DNA from: Octopus vulgaris
Lineage: Eukaryota
DNA length: 64,000 bases
Direction: 5' to 3'
Assembly (NCBI GenBank): GCA_951406725.2
Contig: OX597818.1
Span: forward strand, 71,238,001 to 71,302,000
The notes under the pieces are model-generated. The model saw only the letters and a list, made by a program, of their open reading frames with translations. It was not told the DNA's origin and ran no database searches. Position numbers and translations under genes: made by a program. How positions within the stretch are numbered: the stretch's first letter is position 1; each line of letters begins with the position of its first letter. Below are positions 25,965 to 40,323 of this stretch, piece by piece.

Positions 25965-26830
25965 TTGGGTCATCCCATAAATAATGTACTTTTTTTCAAT
26001 TACATGAACTAAAAGTTGGATGGGGAATAGGATAAACTACCTGCATCAACTTGATACAAAAGCAGATATTAATTCTATCTTGTACTTATTCTTAGTGCAA
26101 ATTTTGAAGCGTGCACTTCAATTTTAACAGTTAATTTTTCAAAGCTATAATGGAAGTGACAAAGGCAACAATGCAACAGAAAGTGTGAGGAATATTAATG
26201 CAGTTATACTGGGATCAGACAATAAGCATAAGCCAGTGTCCCTTTTTCAGACAAGGACAGAACAGTACTGGAGAAATACTTTTCATTATAGACAAGTGAA
26301 TTTTGGAAGAGGGGCCTTGCAAGTCTACCAGATAGATGGAAGAGCATTGTAGAAAATGAAGGAGAGTATTAGTTATAAAATCTCAAGAAGAGATAGAGTA
26401 GTAACGTATACTAAACAGTAAAGCTTGTCGTCATATCAAGGTGGCTGTTGAATGTCACTACTAGTTTAACCCTAGGCAGATTCTCCACCAGCTGCTTATC
26501 GGTGCAACACTCTGCACCCTGCAAATACAATATATTGCTAGCAGGGGGAGCGAACACCAACTCCCCTCTAGCAGCTAACAGGATCACAAAAGCAGTTAGC
26601 AGTAGCAGATTGTAGCTATTGCTTTGCTGTGCAGGTACTCGTGATCAAAGACGAGCCAAAAGCTTGAAACCGAGTAAGTCTCGCAATCCTGTTAGCTGCT
26701 AGAGGGTAGTAGAGGGGTTCACTCTCTCTCGGCTAGCAATATATTTTAGATTAAAAAAGGAACTTTGTTCATCTCAATTTTGAAAAATAAAAGACGTAAA
26801 AAAAAGTGCATTATTTATGGGATGACCCAA
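25965..26830. mobile_element. Mariner-derived MITE with TA target
   Basis: TIRs TTGGGTCATCCCATAAATAATG / CATTATTTATGGGATGACCCAA flanked by TA. Confidence 0.85.
26529..26745. mobile_element. Palindromic MITE nested in the mariner MITE
   Basis: aatatattgctagc...ctctagcagctaacaggat / atcctgttagctgctagag...gctagcaatatatt. Confidence 0.7.
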
Positions 26831-27580
26831 TAATTTCAAAATATCACTATTAGGCTTGACTTTACAAATACACAAACATACATATTCTAGCAAGCTCAGA
26901 ATGTTGAAAGGTAAAGTAGAGCTGGATAATTTTTGAACTCAGAACATAAATGGGTGTAACAAATTTCTAGCTATTTTGACCTATTCTAGTCATAGCATTT
27001 TGATATAACAGAATGACCTCTTTGGTGGTGCAAAAGTATATAAACATCACCAAATGCCCATCAAATGCTTTAATGGAAAAGCACATTGGATAGTGCAAAT
27101 CCAGACACATTGTCTAGAATGTAGATGGCATTCCCATGATCCAGTCATTCCTCAGACAGTTTTTAGTATGGAATAAACAGCAAAAGCAACAATTCAGAAA
27201 ATATGTAAAGCAAGAAAAAAGCAACCCATTTTCAGAACTCAGAACTAAATGGAACTGATAAATTATGAAGATGTTAACAGAATAGAGATTTCTGATGTTT
27301 ATAACTTTAAGATTTGACGAAAAGAATGAATAAAAACATTCACATAGGTGGATGGAAGAACTGACAGAACATTCAACAAATAAATACTTTATGCTATTTA
27401 GATACATCCATTTATGTTCTTAGTTTAAATGATGACCAGGTTCACTTTATCTTTCATCATTCTGAAATTGCTAGAATAAGTTCAGAGGATGATGCATTCA
27501 ACTGTACTCTAGAAAGAGTGGTGCTCCAGCATGATCATAGTTCATGTGAAATCAATAAAAGAATGAAAGAAAATACTCAC

Positions 27581-27717
27581 CAAGTATATCATGGAAAACC
27601 TGGGTAACACTTTTATCCCATTCACTTTGAAAGAACTGTAAGCCTACAGGAGTCAAATCATCTTCAAATTTTTTGTAGAAATCAAGATTTTTGAATGTTC
27701 TTTCTTCAAGGGACTTG
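27581..27717 (-). CDS. MRPL38: MRPL38 exon 6
   Basis: KSLEERTFKNLDFYKKFEDDLTPVGLQFFQSEWDKSVTQVFHDIL; AG/GTGAGT boundaries. Confidence 0.94.
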
Positions 27718-28939
27718 CTGAAAAACAAAACAAAACAAAGGAACAAGTGAACTCAAAGTACTTTAATACTTTAGGAATTATCATCATTTAACGCCCATCT
27801 TCTATGTTGTGATGGGTTAAACAGTTGGATAGGAGCTGGCAAGTCAGAAGACTGCACCAAGTTCCACTGTCTGATTTGGTATAGTTTTCACAGCTGGCTG
27901 CCTTTTCTAACACCATCCACATTACAGAGTGGACTGGGTGCTTTTAACATGGCACCAGCACTAGCGAGGTCTGTTTTGGCATGGTTTTCATAGCTGGACA
28001 CCCTTCCTAAAGCCAACCACTTTAGGAATGAAGTTACAAAAAAGGACTGACAAATAATTTTTGTATTATTTATGATGCATGGTTATATTTCATTGAAAGT
28101 CTCTCTAGAATAGTTAACGCTTTCTGTTATATAGATAACAACCAATTTGGCAGTGAAAGAGGGTACCTCAAAAGCTTGGTAGACAGAATAAGGAAGAGTT
28201 GTAAAATGTTCAGAATGCTATTACCTCAGCTCGCACTAAAAAGATTCTTCTTCACAGGAAAAAGTAGATTGTGTTATGTGTGTATGAACAGTTATATTGT
28301 GTATCAGTGAAACAAGCAATCAAAATAGAAGATGTGTGAAAACTGGAAAGAAATGAAGGTAGCCTCTTATACCAGATAGGTAATATAAGAGTTCATGAAT
28401 AAAAGAGCGCAAATAAGCTGAGAGTAAAACTGGCTACAGGAGAATCAAATGTCGTGACTCAACTCATATGATATTTGTGAATGATAATAGATGGATAAAG
28501 AAGAGCCAAATGTTGATGTAAGTAGAAGGAACTTGAGGGATATGATGAGTGAGAAAGACAAGGGAGGCAGTAGTGAAGGGTGATTGCAAGAAAGTTAAAC
28601 CTCATCAAGGAGATGACAAAGAACCACAGGTGGTAAGATGCATTGCTGGAGAAACCCAGTCACACCCATGTAAGCATGCAAAATCAAATGTAACAGGATT
28701 TATATTATTTTTATTCCTTCATAATATAACACTGCTTGTAAATCTTCTCTAGAATATTATTTTAAGTAAATTTATTCTAAAATTATTTTCTTTCATGTCT
28801 GTTTTCTATATAACATCCACTCTACACGATTATGATGGCTTTGAAACTACTTTATTTGAAGCTGGTTTCTCTTTCTATTTCTTAGCATGCAATTGTGAAA
28901 TACAATGCTATTTCAAGAAGTGGATGGTATATCATGAAA

Positions 28940-30770
28940 TCATCATCATCATCGTTTAACATCCGCTTTCCATGCTGGCAAGGGTTGGACGGTTTGACTG
29001 AGGACTGGTGAGCCAGATGGCTGCACTAAGTTCCAATCTGATCTGGCAGTTTCTACAGCTGGATGCCCTTCCTAATGCCAACCACTCCCGAGAGTGTAGT
29101 GTGTGTTTTTACATGACATCGGCACGACGGCCAATCAGGTGGTACTGGCAACGGCCATGCTCAAATTGTCTTTTACATGCCACCTTCATAGGAGCCAGTT
29201 CAGTGGCACTGGCAACGACCTCGCTTGAATGTTGTTTTTGCGTACCACCGGCACAAGTGCCAGTAAGGCAATGCTGGTAACGATCACGCTCGAATGGTGC
29301 TTTTTACATGCCACCAGCACAGGAGCCAGTCAGTGGCCCTGGCAACAATTACGCTTGGATGGTGCTCTTAGTGCTCCACTAGCATGGATGCCAGTCATGT
29401 GGTGCTGACACCGAATTTGATTTCAATTTCACTTGCTCAACAGGTCTTTGCAAGCAGAGATTAGTGTCCAAAGAAGGAAAAGGTATGCCTAAGTGGGCTG
29501 GTTACACCACTGGCATAGGCCACGGTTTATGGTCTCACTTGGCTTGCTGAGTCTTCTCAAGCACAGCATATTTCCAAAGGTCTCGGTCATTAGTCATTGC
29601 CTCGGTGAGGCCTAATGTTCAAAGGTTGTGCTTCACCACCTCATCCCAGGTCTTCCTGAGTCTACCTCTTCCACAGGTTCCCTCAACTTCTAGGGTGTGA
29701 CACTTTTCCACACAGCTATCCTCAACCATTTGCAACACATGACCGTACCAGCGCAGTCGTCTCTCTTGCACACCACATCTGATGTTTCTTTAGTCTAACT
29801 TTTCTCTCAGGGCACTTACACTGTTGAGTATGCACACTGACATTACACATCTAGACGAGTATACTGGCTTTGTTCCTTGCAAGCTTACGCATATCCTCAG
29901 CAGTCACAGCCCATGTTTCACTACCATGTAGCATGGCTGTTCGTACACATGCATCATACAGTCTACCTTTCACTCTGAGCGAGAGGCCCTTTGTCACCAG
30001 CAGAAGTAGTTGCTCTCTGAACTTTTCCCAGGCTCTTCTTATTCTAGCAGCTACACTTTCAGTGCACCCTCCCCTGCTACTGACTTAATCACCTAGGTAA
30101 CAGGAGCTATCAATTACTTCTAGTTTTTCTCCCTGGAATGTGGCGGAAGTTGTTCGCTGTACATTTTCTGTGTCTATTGCTCCAGAGCATCTACCACATA
30201 CAAAAACTATCTTCTCAGTTAGCCTTCCTTTGAAATTGCTGCACCTCTTATGTGTCCATAGCTTACACTGGGTACATCTTATGGAGTTTCTACCTACGCT
30301 GTTTCTACAGATCGAGCAGGGCCATCTACCTGAAGGGATTTGTGGTTTGTCTGTCTTCCTACTTATTAGGACTTTGGTTCTAGCTATGTTGACTCTAAGG
30401 CCCTTTGATTCTAATCTTTTTTTCCACACTTGAAACTTCTCCTCTAGTTCTGAGTGACATAGCAATTAGAGCAAGGTCAACAGCACAGAGGAGCTCCCAG
30501 TGGCATCCTGTCTTGAATTCCTTTGTTATTGCCTGGAGGACTATGATAAATAGGAGGGGGCTGAGGACTGAACCTTGGTGAACCCCTACCTCTACCTGGA
30601 ATTCTCGCTGCCAACCCTCACCTTACTGACAGCGTCCCTGTATATGGCTCGCACAGCTCTCACTAACCATTCTTCTATCCCTAGTTTCCTCATTGACCAC
30701 TAGATAAGAGATTGGGGGACCCTGTCAAAGGCTTTCTCCATGACAATGAAAGCCAGATACAGAGGTTTAT
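28940..30770 (-). mobile_element. RTE-clade LINE, 5'-truncated, with (GAT)n tail
   Basis: GVHQGSVLSPLLF, LESKGLRVNIARTK, PCSICRNSVGRNSIRCTQCKLWTHKRCS zinc finger. Confidence 0.9.
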
Positions 30771-32212
30771 CTCAACCACTATTATGAAGGTGTCAGTAGA
30801 ATTTTCTGATATTTGATACCATTTAAAAAATAATACTATAATAGAGTAACTTGACAGGAAACCCAAATCCAAGAGGTAAGAGGAGAGACAGGTGAAGATT
30901 ATGCTGATGTGGGCACTATTTTCACTGAATTTGTGACGTGTGAGAGATTACTGATGTATAATGCAATATAAATATCAATCTCCATTGGCTCTGTTTGGTA
31001 TCTCAAGAGAGAAAGAGATTGTGGTGGTCATTTACCATTGTTTTTTTATCAGTAATATGTAGCTGGAAGCGAAGATAGAGTCAGAGAAGTTGCCCTTTTC
31101 TGAAAATGAACCCACTGACTGACTCATTAACACAATAACTTAAAAATACAAGTTTAAAGTGTGTAAAATCAAAACAATAATATTTTACATTAATTTGATA
31201 GTAACTTAGTTCAGAAATTCTGATATGCAATGAGAGCAACAGAAATGATACAATTTAATGGATAGCTCTGCTCTACCCCCATTCTCACTATCCCATCAGG
31301 CTCCCACACATCTTATTCCCTACATTTGTCACAGTTGTCTCTGATATTATTTGCCTACCATAATTACCTGAAAGCAGAATAGGCACATCCTATGCACACA
31401 TCCTTTCTTTCATTACCTTCCTGTTTTCTCCCTCTCCCCATAACCATTTCCATTCTTCAGTGTCTATCAAACTCCAACCTTAGAACCACTTCCATTCCAC
31501 ATTATCTTCCTTTCAGCAATGCTCTCTCTCTCCTCCAGACTGTACTGCATCCATCCTTACACCAATTTCTCCTGATGCCTTCACATATCTAACATAACAC
31601 CTCTCCCTATTAGTCACTCTAATACCCGCCATCTTCAATTACTACAGCCACTGCTATATTATCTAACCAGCTCTCCTCACATTCTAATGAAATTTTCCCC
31701 CATCACTTCACCTCTATTTCCCAACAACACCTACAGTGCTCTGAGGGTATATCCTGACATATCCACCACAATCTCTCTCACTCACTCCATCACAATCTTT
31801 CCTCTCTCAAACTCTTTCTTTTTTCCATCTTCAACTGGGATAAAAGCACCCATCTCTATCCCTCTATTATTTTTTTAACTTCACATAAACGGGCACAAAG
31901 CCACCTCCCTCAGTACCACTTCCCCCCAGTCAAGGGGACTTTGTCTTGTCTTGCAAGTTACTTGATGACCCTGCTGGTATCGGTGCCACATATAAAGAAC
32001 CCATTCTACTCTGTAAAGTGGTTGTCATTAGGAAGGGAATTCAATCACAGAAACTATGCCAAAACAGATAATAGTGCTTGGCATACCCTCCAGCTTGCCA
32101 GATCCTGTCAAATTGTCCAATCCATGCCAGCATGGAAAATGGACATTAAATGATGATGATTTTTTTTTTAATATAACAACACATACAAAATATATTAAAA
32201 TTAAATACATAC

Positions 32213-32371
32213 CAGTTAGGTGGTCTCAATTCTGATGAGAAATCTAATTTTTTATTTTGCTTATACAAAAGGAACACATATCTATGAAATCCTGTGCCCT
32301 TGAGAGGAAATGGGGGCAAATAATTACAGATAACTTCACCATTTTCAATTTGGTCATTTGGAATATTACCT
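32213..32371 (-). CDS. MRPL38: MRPL38 exon 5 (PEBP-like domain)
   Basis: Manual translation GNIPNDQIENGEVICNYLPPFPLKGTGFHRYVFLLYKQNKKLDFSSELRPPNC; CAG/GTATGT boundaries. Confidence 0.94.
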
Positions 32372-33260
32372 CTGTTGGAAAATTAGATCAAAAAATTATT
32401 TGAAAGATTAAGAACTTATTTAGTAGGAAGATTATAAAATGATTTGAAATAAGAAAATTAAACAAAATTACATTAGTATAATAAATTTAAACAGAATGGT
32501 TAAAATATATTTTATACCACTTGGTTGCAAAGTCATTTTGATAATGTAAAAAAGAGAAGTTTAAACAAGATTAATGACTACAAAATCAATTCTGTCAATT
32601 TTAAAAATCTGAATACAGAATATAAACATTAAATAAACTAAAGAATGTAAATCAATTTTTCATCACAGAAAGATTAAGCTACTAATCTATTTAAACCAGG
32701 ATGAGATCTTACTGTGAAAAACCATTTTACTTGTTTTTTTAAAAACTTTACTCTATGCCCATCAAATGTATGGATGCAGGGAAGACTATATTGGATAAAC
32801 TAAACTCACTTTAAGAATGAGATTAAATATTCATCATCAACAAATACATGATCCCAAAACTAAACAAATTCCGCTTATTGAACATCTGAACATCATCATC
32901 ATCATCATCATCATCATCGTTTAACGTCCGTTTTCCATGCTAGCATGGGTTGGACGGTTCAACCGGGGTCTGGGAAGCCAGAAGGCTGCACCAGGCTCCA
33001 GTCTGATCTGGCAGTGTTTCTACGGCTGGATGCCCTTCCTAACGCCAACCACTCTGTGAGTGTAGTTATTATTATTATTATTATTGTTATTATTATTATT
33101 CATTTTGTTCAACGTGTACAAGTACGTATGTGTTCAATATTGTTTTATTCAATTTTAGAAAAACTGAAACATGTCATGGACAATTCTAGAACATATTGAA
33201 TTTTGTGCATGACTTTTGGCTCATCCAGTATGTATGTATATGTATGTATGTATGTGTGTG

Positions 33261-33303
<43 letters not shown>

Positions 33304-33799
33304 GTATGTATTTTGGCCTGCTGACTTAGTCAGTAGGGTGGCCTCATTAGAAAGCTAAAACGATGCAAAGTGCATTGTGACTAGCGATGTATAACAGCAT
33401 TCAACAGCCTGCTCAATCACATGATCATGTGATATATATATGTGTATGGGACACTGCCTTTGTGTGTGTGTGCATGTATGTGTGTGTGGTGGGAGGAAGA
33501 AGGAGCACACGGTTTAGGTGTATATATGCAGGGTTTTTTGGGGAACAAGAATGAAAACGTGTTTGCATGATTAAGTACGCACGTACGTGCATGCGTGTGT
33601 GCATGTAGTTGTGGGTGTGGGTGTGTTAGTCCATATTGATTGTCATGGGGTGGTTTATGTGAGTGTGTAGGTGTTAATGTGTATGTGTAAGGGCATGTGC
33701 TTGTTTGTGTATACATGCCTCTACATGAAACTGTGTGCAGAGACTGTGTGTATGCAGAGACTGAGAGAGAGAGAGAAGAAGAGGAAGAAGCAATATGTC

Positions 33800-34300
33800 T
33801 TAGTTCTTGGTGTCATCTCCATTCTTTTGTTGATTATATTGGCGGTGCCACTCCATGTTGGTCTTTGACACTCCTTCGCCCCGTTTTGCAGCCTGTCTCC
33901 CGCTGTACATCACAATGATGCAAAGGACAATGGTGACAGCAACCATGCAGAGGCTGACATAGACACGGCTCAAGTCTTTGGCTTTGTTGATCACTGATAT
34001 CGAAATGTATTCGGGGACATCTTCAACAGATTTATATTTCTTATGCCAAACCAAAACGCATTTATCAAAATTAGTTGCTCTCTTAAGGTTGGCAGGAGTT
34101 CCTTGAAGTTGTGAAGAAGTACGGATCCCAGGAGTGAATTGCAATAACGACTTGAAGCGATTGCCGACGAAAGAATTAGAGCATCGAAGAGAATGTGACA
34201 ACCGAAGGAGCCGACAACAGAACAGAGATGCACAAAAACCAGATCTCCCAAATTTCTTGTCTTGCAACTCTATCAATGTGCAGACAATACTCCAGACCAA
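33800..34300 (-). pseudogene. FAM162: Intronless FAM162/UPF0389 (DUF1075)-like ORF nested in MRPL38 intron 4; probable retrocopy, no upstream in-frame ATG
   Basis: ATNFDKCVLVWHKKYKSVEDVPEYIS...AKDLSRV...MVAVTIVLCIIVMYSGRQAAKRGE...NMEWH is the FAM162 signature; ORF track start is TTG; I found no in-frame ATG back to the stop at 34445-34447. Confidence 0.75.
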
Positions 34301-34315
34301 ATAAGAATTACAGGC

Positions 34316-34490
34316 ATATTTAAGGCATGAGGAATTATGTACATTATTTACATTTGACAGATATTTGTCCTCATCTTGTTTGTTGATGACACAACGTTTT
34401 GGCTGATATACCCTCCAGTCTTCATCAGGTGTCTTGGGGAAATTTCAAACCTGGGTTCTCATTCCTAAGGTATTTTTCGATGTTATTATT
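34316..34490 (-). mobile_element. Headless copy of the HHR-bearing SINE
   Basis: Matches 61835-62000; reverse strand GACAC-CTGATGA-A-GACTG..CAGCC-AAAAC-GTT-GTGTC at 34388-34433. Confidence 0.8.
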
Positions 34491-34897
34491 TGCATCAGCT
34501 ATGCTCAAATGGTGCTTTTCACATGCGGCTAGCATGGGTACCAGTCAGGCGGCACTGGCATTAGCCATGACTACAATTTGACTCTGTTAAACAGGTCTTC
34601 ACAAGCACAGCATATTGCACAATGACTGAAGGGAGCTTTTAAACAGGTCAGTTATGCAACACTTGCATAAGCCATGACTACGATCTCATTTGGCTTGCTG
34701 GGTCTTCTCAAGCACGGTGTATTTCTAAAGGTCTTGGCTGCTTGTCATTGCATCTGTGAGGCCCAATGTTTGAAGGTCATGCTTCACCACCTCATCCTAT
34801 GTCTTCCTGGATCTACCTCTTCCACAGGTTCCCTCCACTGTCAGAATGTGACACATTTTCACACAGCTGCCCTCATCCACCTCTTTCTCTCTCTCTA

Positions 34898-34943
<46 letters not shown>

Positions 34944-35299
34944 CATATTTATGTCACAATATTTGGATAATTTGATAGTAATCATAAAAAATGTCCCTTA
35001 ATGTATCATTCTACAAAACATATAGAATTTATAGTATGATACTAAAGAAAAGGATAAGGAGTGTATAGACTTATAAAAGAAATAGTTTGCTGAAATTTTA
35101 TTTAACAATAAGAAAATTAAAATATTATCACAAATTATTTCATAACTTAAAACATGTAGATAATTTATGTTATATTTAATAATAAATAAAATTGCTTACA
35201 TGTCTGCATTAATGGAAAATGCAAAACATCTTTCAAATTAATTCAGAAATTAAGCTATGTCTTCTGCTGAAAGAAAGTAGTATGCAATCAAGCCTTATG

Positions 35300-38170
35300 C
35301 ATAGCACTCACCAAAACACACGTAAAACCTGGCATCACAGATGCATAAATACACATACCAAAGTATGTTGTATTGTGAAGTGACAGAAAAGACAGGAGCC
35401 ACGGTGGACTCGCAAGTTACATCTATGAAAATCTAATGCTCCAGATCCTTTTGCCACACTCAAACACAGTGTGTGACACCCTAATTGTACACATAAGACA
35501 ACTCAATATAGTCAAGTGTACTACATATCGCTTACCAGATGCTCCAAATCAGAGGCCTAGTTGAAGACTGCCTTGGAAGACAAGAAGGCCTTAATCAAAC
35601 TAGAAGAGCACATCAGTGTACTTCACATAGGAGACTTCAATCTGCCTAATGTAGGATAGCCTGAAGGCCTTCTTATCTCAGAAATGATGCTATGTGAGCA
35701 AAGTAATGTGGAATCCCTACTCAACCTCACCAACATAAAATACACCAACCAACTAGGGCAAAACAATATACACTTGATCTCTGCTTCACAAATAATGTGG
35801 ATCTCATCCATAATGTGAAAGTCACAGTGACACTAGTCTCGGATCACAACACAAGAGAGCTCACCATGAATGGAACAAAAGAACCCACAAATATGCAGCC
35901 TATGAGAAGCAGCCAAAATCTATCCAATCTGAACCACCATAAAGTAGGCTGGAAATCAATTGAGAAAGAGATCATCAAACTGAACAGGTCCTAATGTCTC
36001 TCTACACAGGACATAGACATAAAATTGAAAACTTCCATGTCCATAATGCAAGTCAAATGCTACAATTTTGTCCCAGAGAGAAAGGCCACTGTGCATAAAA
36101 CAAGATTTTTATGGAGAGAAAAGTTCTTATGAGACAGTATACAAAGACTGCAAACCTTGACAGAGAACTCAACAGCAGTAAAAAGTCGTGTCTGGAAACA
36201 GCACTGCTGGAGATTAAGACACATCTGAAATGCTCCCAAGAAAATGGAGCAAAGAAGTTGGGTTATAAAAAATATAAAATCAAACCCTAAAGCCTTTTTT
36301 AAGTACACCAAGGAAACTGCCTTTGTGCGTCGCAAGGTAGGGCTGCTCCTTAAAAAGGACAGTTCCCTCATGGGAAACCCAATGATGATAAGTGAAATAC
36401 TGAATAAACAGTTCTAAAGTGTCTTCACCCCAGTCTTACAACACATGCAAGTTAATAAACCTGTAAAATTCTTTCCTACTAGAGAAGCAGAAAGGGAAGC
36501 AATAGATCAATTGATTGCATAAACGTCAAAGGAAGTGGATGTAATACTGGCAATAGATGATGTAGACAAAAACTCAGCTACTGGCCCTGATAAATTCCCA
36601 ACAATCCTTCTCAAGTCATGGGAATGAGCCCTTGCAAAATCACTGCAGTTTGTTTTTCAAAGCTTCCTTGCAAATGGTAAATTCCTGGGCAAATTGATGG
36701 AGGGAATAATATGCTTTATTCACAAAGGAAGCAGAGCAGATGCTAAAAACTATAGGCCTATCTCACTGACCTCACACATTCATCACGGTCATGGAACGAA
36801 TAGTCTGAAGGAAATTAATCGCATTCCTTTAAGAGAATGACTTGCTGACTGACACTCAGCATGGTTTTGGATCAGGTAGAAGCTGCCTGACACAACTCTT
36901 GCAGCACTACAACTGGGTGCTAAAGCAGCAGCTCAACAACTCAAATATGAATGTGATGATATATCTTTACTTTGTAAGAACTTTTGACTAAGTCAAACCT
37001 GGTATGATATGTCACAAGCTATGTAATCTTGACATAGTGGGAAAAACTTGGAGAATGGCTACATGACTTACTATAAGGTAGAAATCAAATAGTGGTGGTC
37101 AACAGGGCTAGCTCAAAGGAAATACAAATAATGAGTGGTGCTCCACAGGGAGGTGTCTTGGGGGCCGTTGTTATTCATAGTGACCTTCTTAGACATGCTC
37201 TCAGCTGCTCAAGTAGCCACCCTTGCTAATTATGCAGATTATACAAAAGACTAAGAAGATACAGAACTTGGAGACATTGCGCATCTGCAACAAGAGTTGG
37301 ATGCAATATACAGATGAGCTGAGGAAAATAATATGCAGTTTAATGCTGGAAAATTCCAAGTCCTGTGCTACCAACACACGAAGCTCAATGAAAAGCAGAT
37401 AGGATACACTGGCTCAGGAGGTACTGCAATCTCTGAATCAAAATTAGTGCACAATCTGGGCAACAACATGAGTATTGATGCATTTTTCCAGGTGCATATT
37501 ACCAAGTTGGCAATAAAATGCAGGTGCTTGGCTGGATGGATCCTTCAAACTTTCAAAACGAGAGAATGGAAAACCATGATGGTCATCTGGAAGACATTTG
37601 TCTTCATCTGTCTGGATTACTGCTCTGAACTACGGTCACCAAACAATGTAAAATTAACGCTGGAACTTGAGGCAATTCAGTGAAGCTACACAAAGATCAT
37701 CTCAATGTGATATGTTAGCTACTGGGAGAGATCAAAAAAGTTAAGAGTCTACTCCCTAGAACGAAGGCAGGAAAGATATGCAGTAATATACATCTGGAAA
37801 ATCCTAGAACTCATACCAAACTTTGACATTATCATTTGCACAAATAGTAGAACAGGGCATCACTGCATAGTATGATAAATCCTAACATTGCCATCAGGAT
37901 ACAAGACCAGATACTGCAACAACTAGGTCTTCAAAGGCCTACAGCTCTTCAATATCCTCCTACATTGAATGCATGTAGGTGTCTTCAAAACCAAATTAGA
38001 TCTTCCCCTGTCAAGAGTTCCAGAGGAACTTACCTCGAAGCAAGAAACACAAATGAGGGCAGCAGCATCGAATTCCCTCATTCACCAAATACCATACATC
38101 AGAGGAGGTTTAGTGAAAGTGTAGCAATGCAAATGGCAGTGCCCCAGCAAGGGCATAGCCCTTGGGTTAT
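35300..38170 (+). mobile_element. Degenerate CR1/L2-like LINE (endonuclease plus RT)
   Basis: GDFNLP, NYRPISLTS, QHGF, MQFNAGKFQVL, LDYCS fragments with many stops. Confidence 0.85.
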
Positions 38171-38186
38171 ATACATATATATATAA

Positions 38187-38762
38187 TTTTTAAATAAATA
38201 AATAAATAACATTAATATTCATGAGAGATATTAATGTTAGTGGCCACAAGATAAAAACAGTATCAGCAAAATTAATAGATATAACAATTATAACAAGAGC
38301 ACTATTAAAGCACCAGCTTTGCTAAAAACAGGAGTCAAAATACTCCGAAGCCACAAAAGTTAACACTATATTTTCACAGGCAAAGTTGGAAAAAAACCCC
38401 GAAGTAAATGAGGATTGCATCTTACCTCTGCAAAATTGCAAGAAAGAATGCTAGTTAACTTTTATCATGATTTTGAATTTAGCGCCAAAAGACACTTGAT
38501 TCGCTTTAGCTAAGTCTACCCATAAGAAATCCATATATCACTTCAACCAATGCCTGTGTTCGTTTCAGTGTACAAGCCGCACTGAGAAAAACGAACTAAG
38601 TGAATAGAATATTTTTTAAATATATAAATAGCATTAATATTCATGAGAGATATTCATGTTAGAGGCCACAAGCTGAAAACCATACAGGCAAAATTAATAG
38701 ATATATATAAGAATAATATATAACAAGATAACTGTCAAAGCACCAGCTTTGCTAAAAATAGG
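38187..38762. repeat. ~150-bp direct repeats (about 38187-38335 and 38613-38762)
   Basis: cattaatattcatgagagatatt...gcaccagctttgctaaaaa occurs twice. Confidence 0.75.
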
Positions 38763-40036
38763 AAGTGTCACATTTACTTTCTTGTAACAGCACTATCTGA
38801 CTGGCACCCATGGAAATTGCACATAAAAAGCTTTTTTCGAGCATTAGGCCTCATGGAGGCTGAGACCTTTGGAGATACACCATGCTTGTGTACACCTGTC
38901 AAGCGAAGTGAGATTGTAGTCATGGCCAATGCCAGTGTCATGTCAAAAACACATGTTCCACTGGCACATAAAAAGTACCCACTATACTCTTGGAGTGTCT
39001 GGCATTAGGAAGATCATCCAGCCATAGAAACCTGGCAAAATTGGACTGGAACCTGGTGCAGCTCCCTGGCTTACCAGTTTTCAGTCAAACCAGCCAACCC
39101 ATGTCAGCATGGAAAGTGGATATTAAACAATGATGATGATGATGATGTAATATATATATATACATACATACAAGTTGTCCTAGAAAGATTTACTCGTGTT
39201 CAAAACTCATGTAATATTATCTACATTTTACATAAAGATTTGCATGCCTTTTGTTTATGTGAGTATTGTTTCATTCATCTATAATAAGTTTGTAAACAAA
39301 CATGACATTGAAAATAAAACCTGACCAAATTGTCACTTTGACAACAGCTGGAGTGAGCAACAAGGACATGAAATAGTTGAATGAATGCCATAAAACAGTG
39401 TTCAATGCCTGGAAATGAAATATGGAGTTTGCTACTACCTCTAGCAAGCCAATTCCTGGTAGGAAATGATCAATTTGTACAAAACCAACCGTTGAAGCTG
39501 TGAAGAAGCAAAGGAACTGAAAGCCCAACAGGAATGCCAGAAAAACTACAAAAGTTCTTGATATTTTGAAATCATGAATGCACAGGATTTTTCAAGAAGT
39601 CTTAAAGCTAACTGCATACAAGAAACAATCCTGGTAATTAATTTCAGCAGCTTCCAAGAAGAAACATCTCAACTGGGGTAAAACCATGTTAGATGAGATG
39701 AAGTGTGTCACTAACAAAGTGTTGTCGACATACATATGTATTTATCTTTGCAATATACTTTTAATGTATACATCTATATATTTGTATACTTTTAATGTAT
39801 TGATTACTCTGTATTTTATAAATCTATATATTTTTGATCTGTTTGATATATTGAATATACTTTCAGAGAAATTCATGCATGTTGGGTATAGGGCTGAATA
39901 AATATAAATGTATATGTGAACTTGATTTACCTAACTTTGATTCTTTCTTCTGCATAATTGTAACACCTTAGGTTTAATATACTGAGCACTTCAAAGTGAA
40001 GTCTATGCATTGGAGGGAATAATTTTCCTTATAATC

Positions 40037-40067
<31 letters not shown>

Positions 40068-40192
40068 TTGAAATATATACACACACACAGTCAATAAAGT
40101 GACCTATACATAGTCTCAGACTAAACACAAATTAAACACCACCACTATATATAAAAAGATAACAAAGAAAGTTGAAATAATATAGTACTTAC

Positions 40193-40323
40193 ACAAACCA
40201 ATGCAAATATTCCATAGTGTTATCTTGGAGATGTTCATCAGGAGAAGTCAATATCAATGACCAGAAAGAAGAATCTTTTTCCTCAGATGGTAAATTCAGC
40301 TTAATGTATGGTACAACAGAAGC
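40193..40323 (-). CDS. MRPL38: MRPL38 exon 4
   Basis: Manual translation ASVVPYIKLNLPSEEKDSSFWSLILTSPDEHLQDNTMEYLHWFV; TAG/GTAAGT boundaries. Confidence 0.94.
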
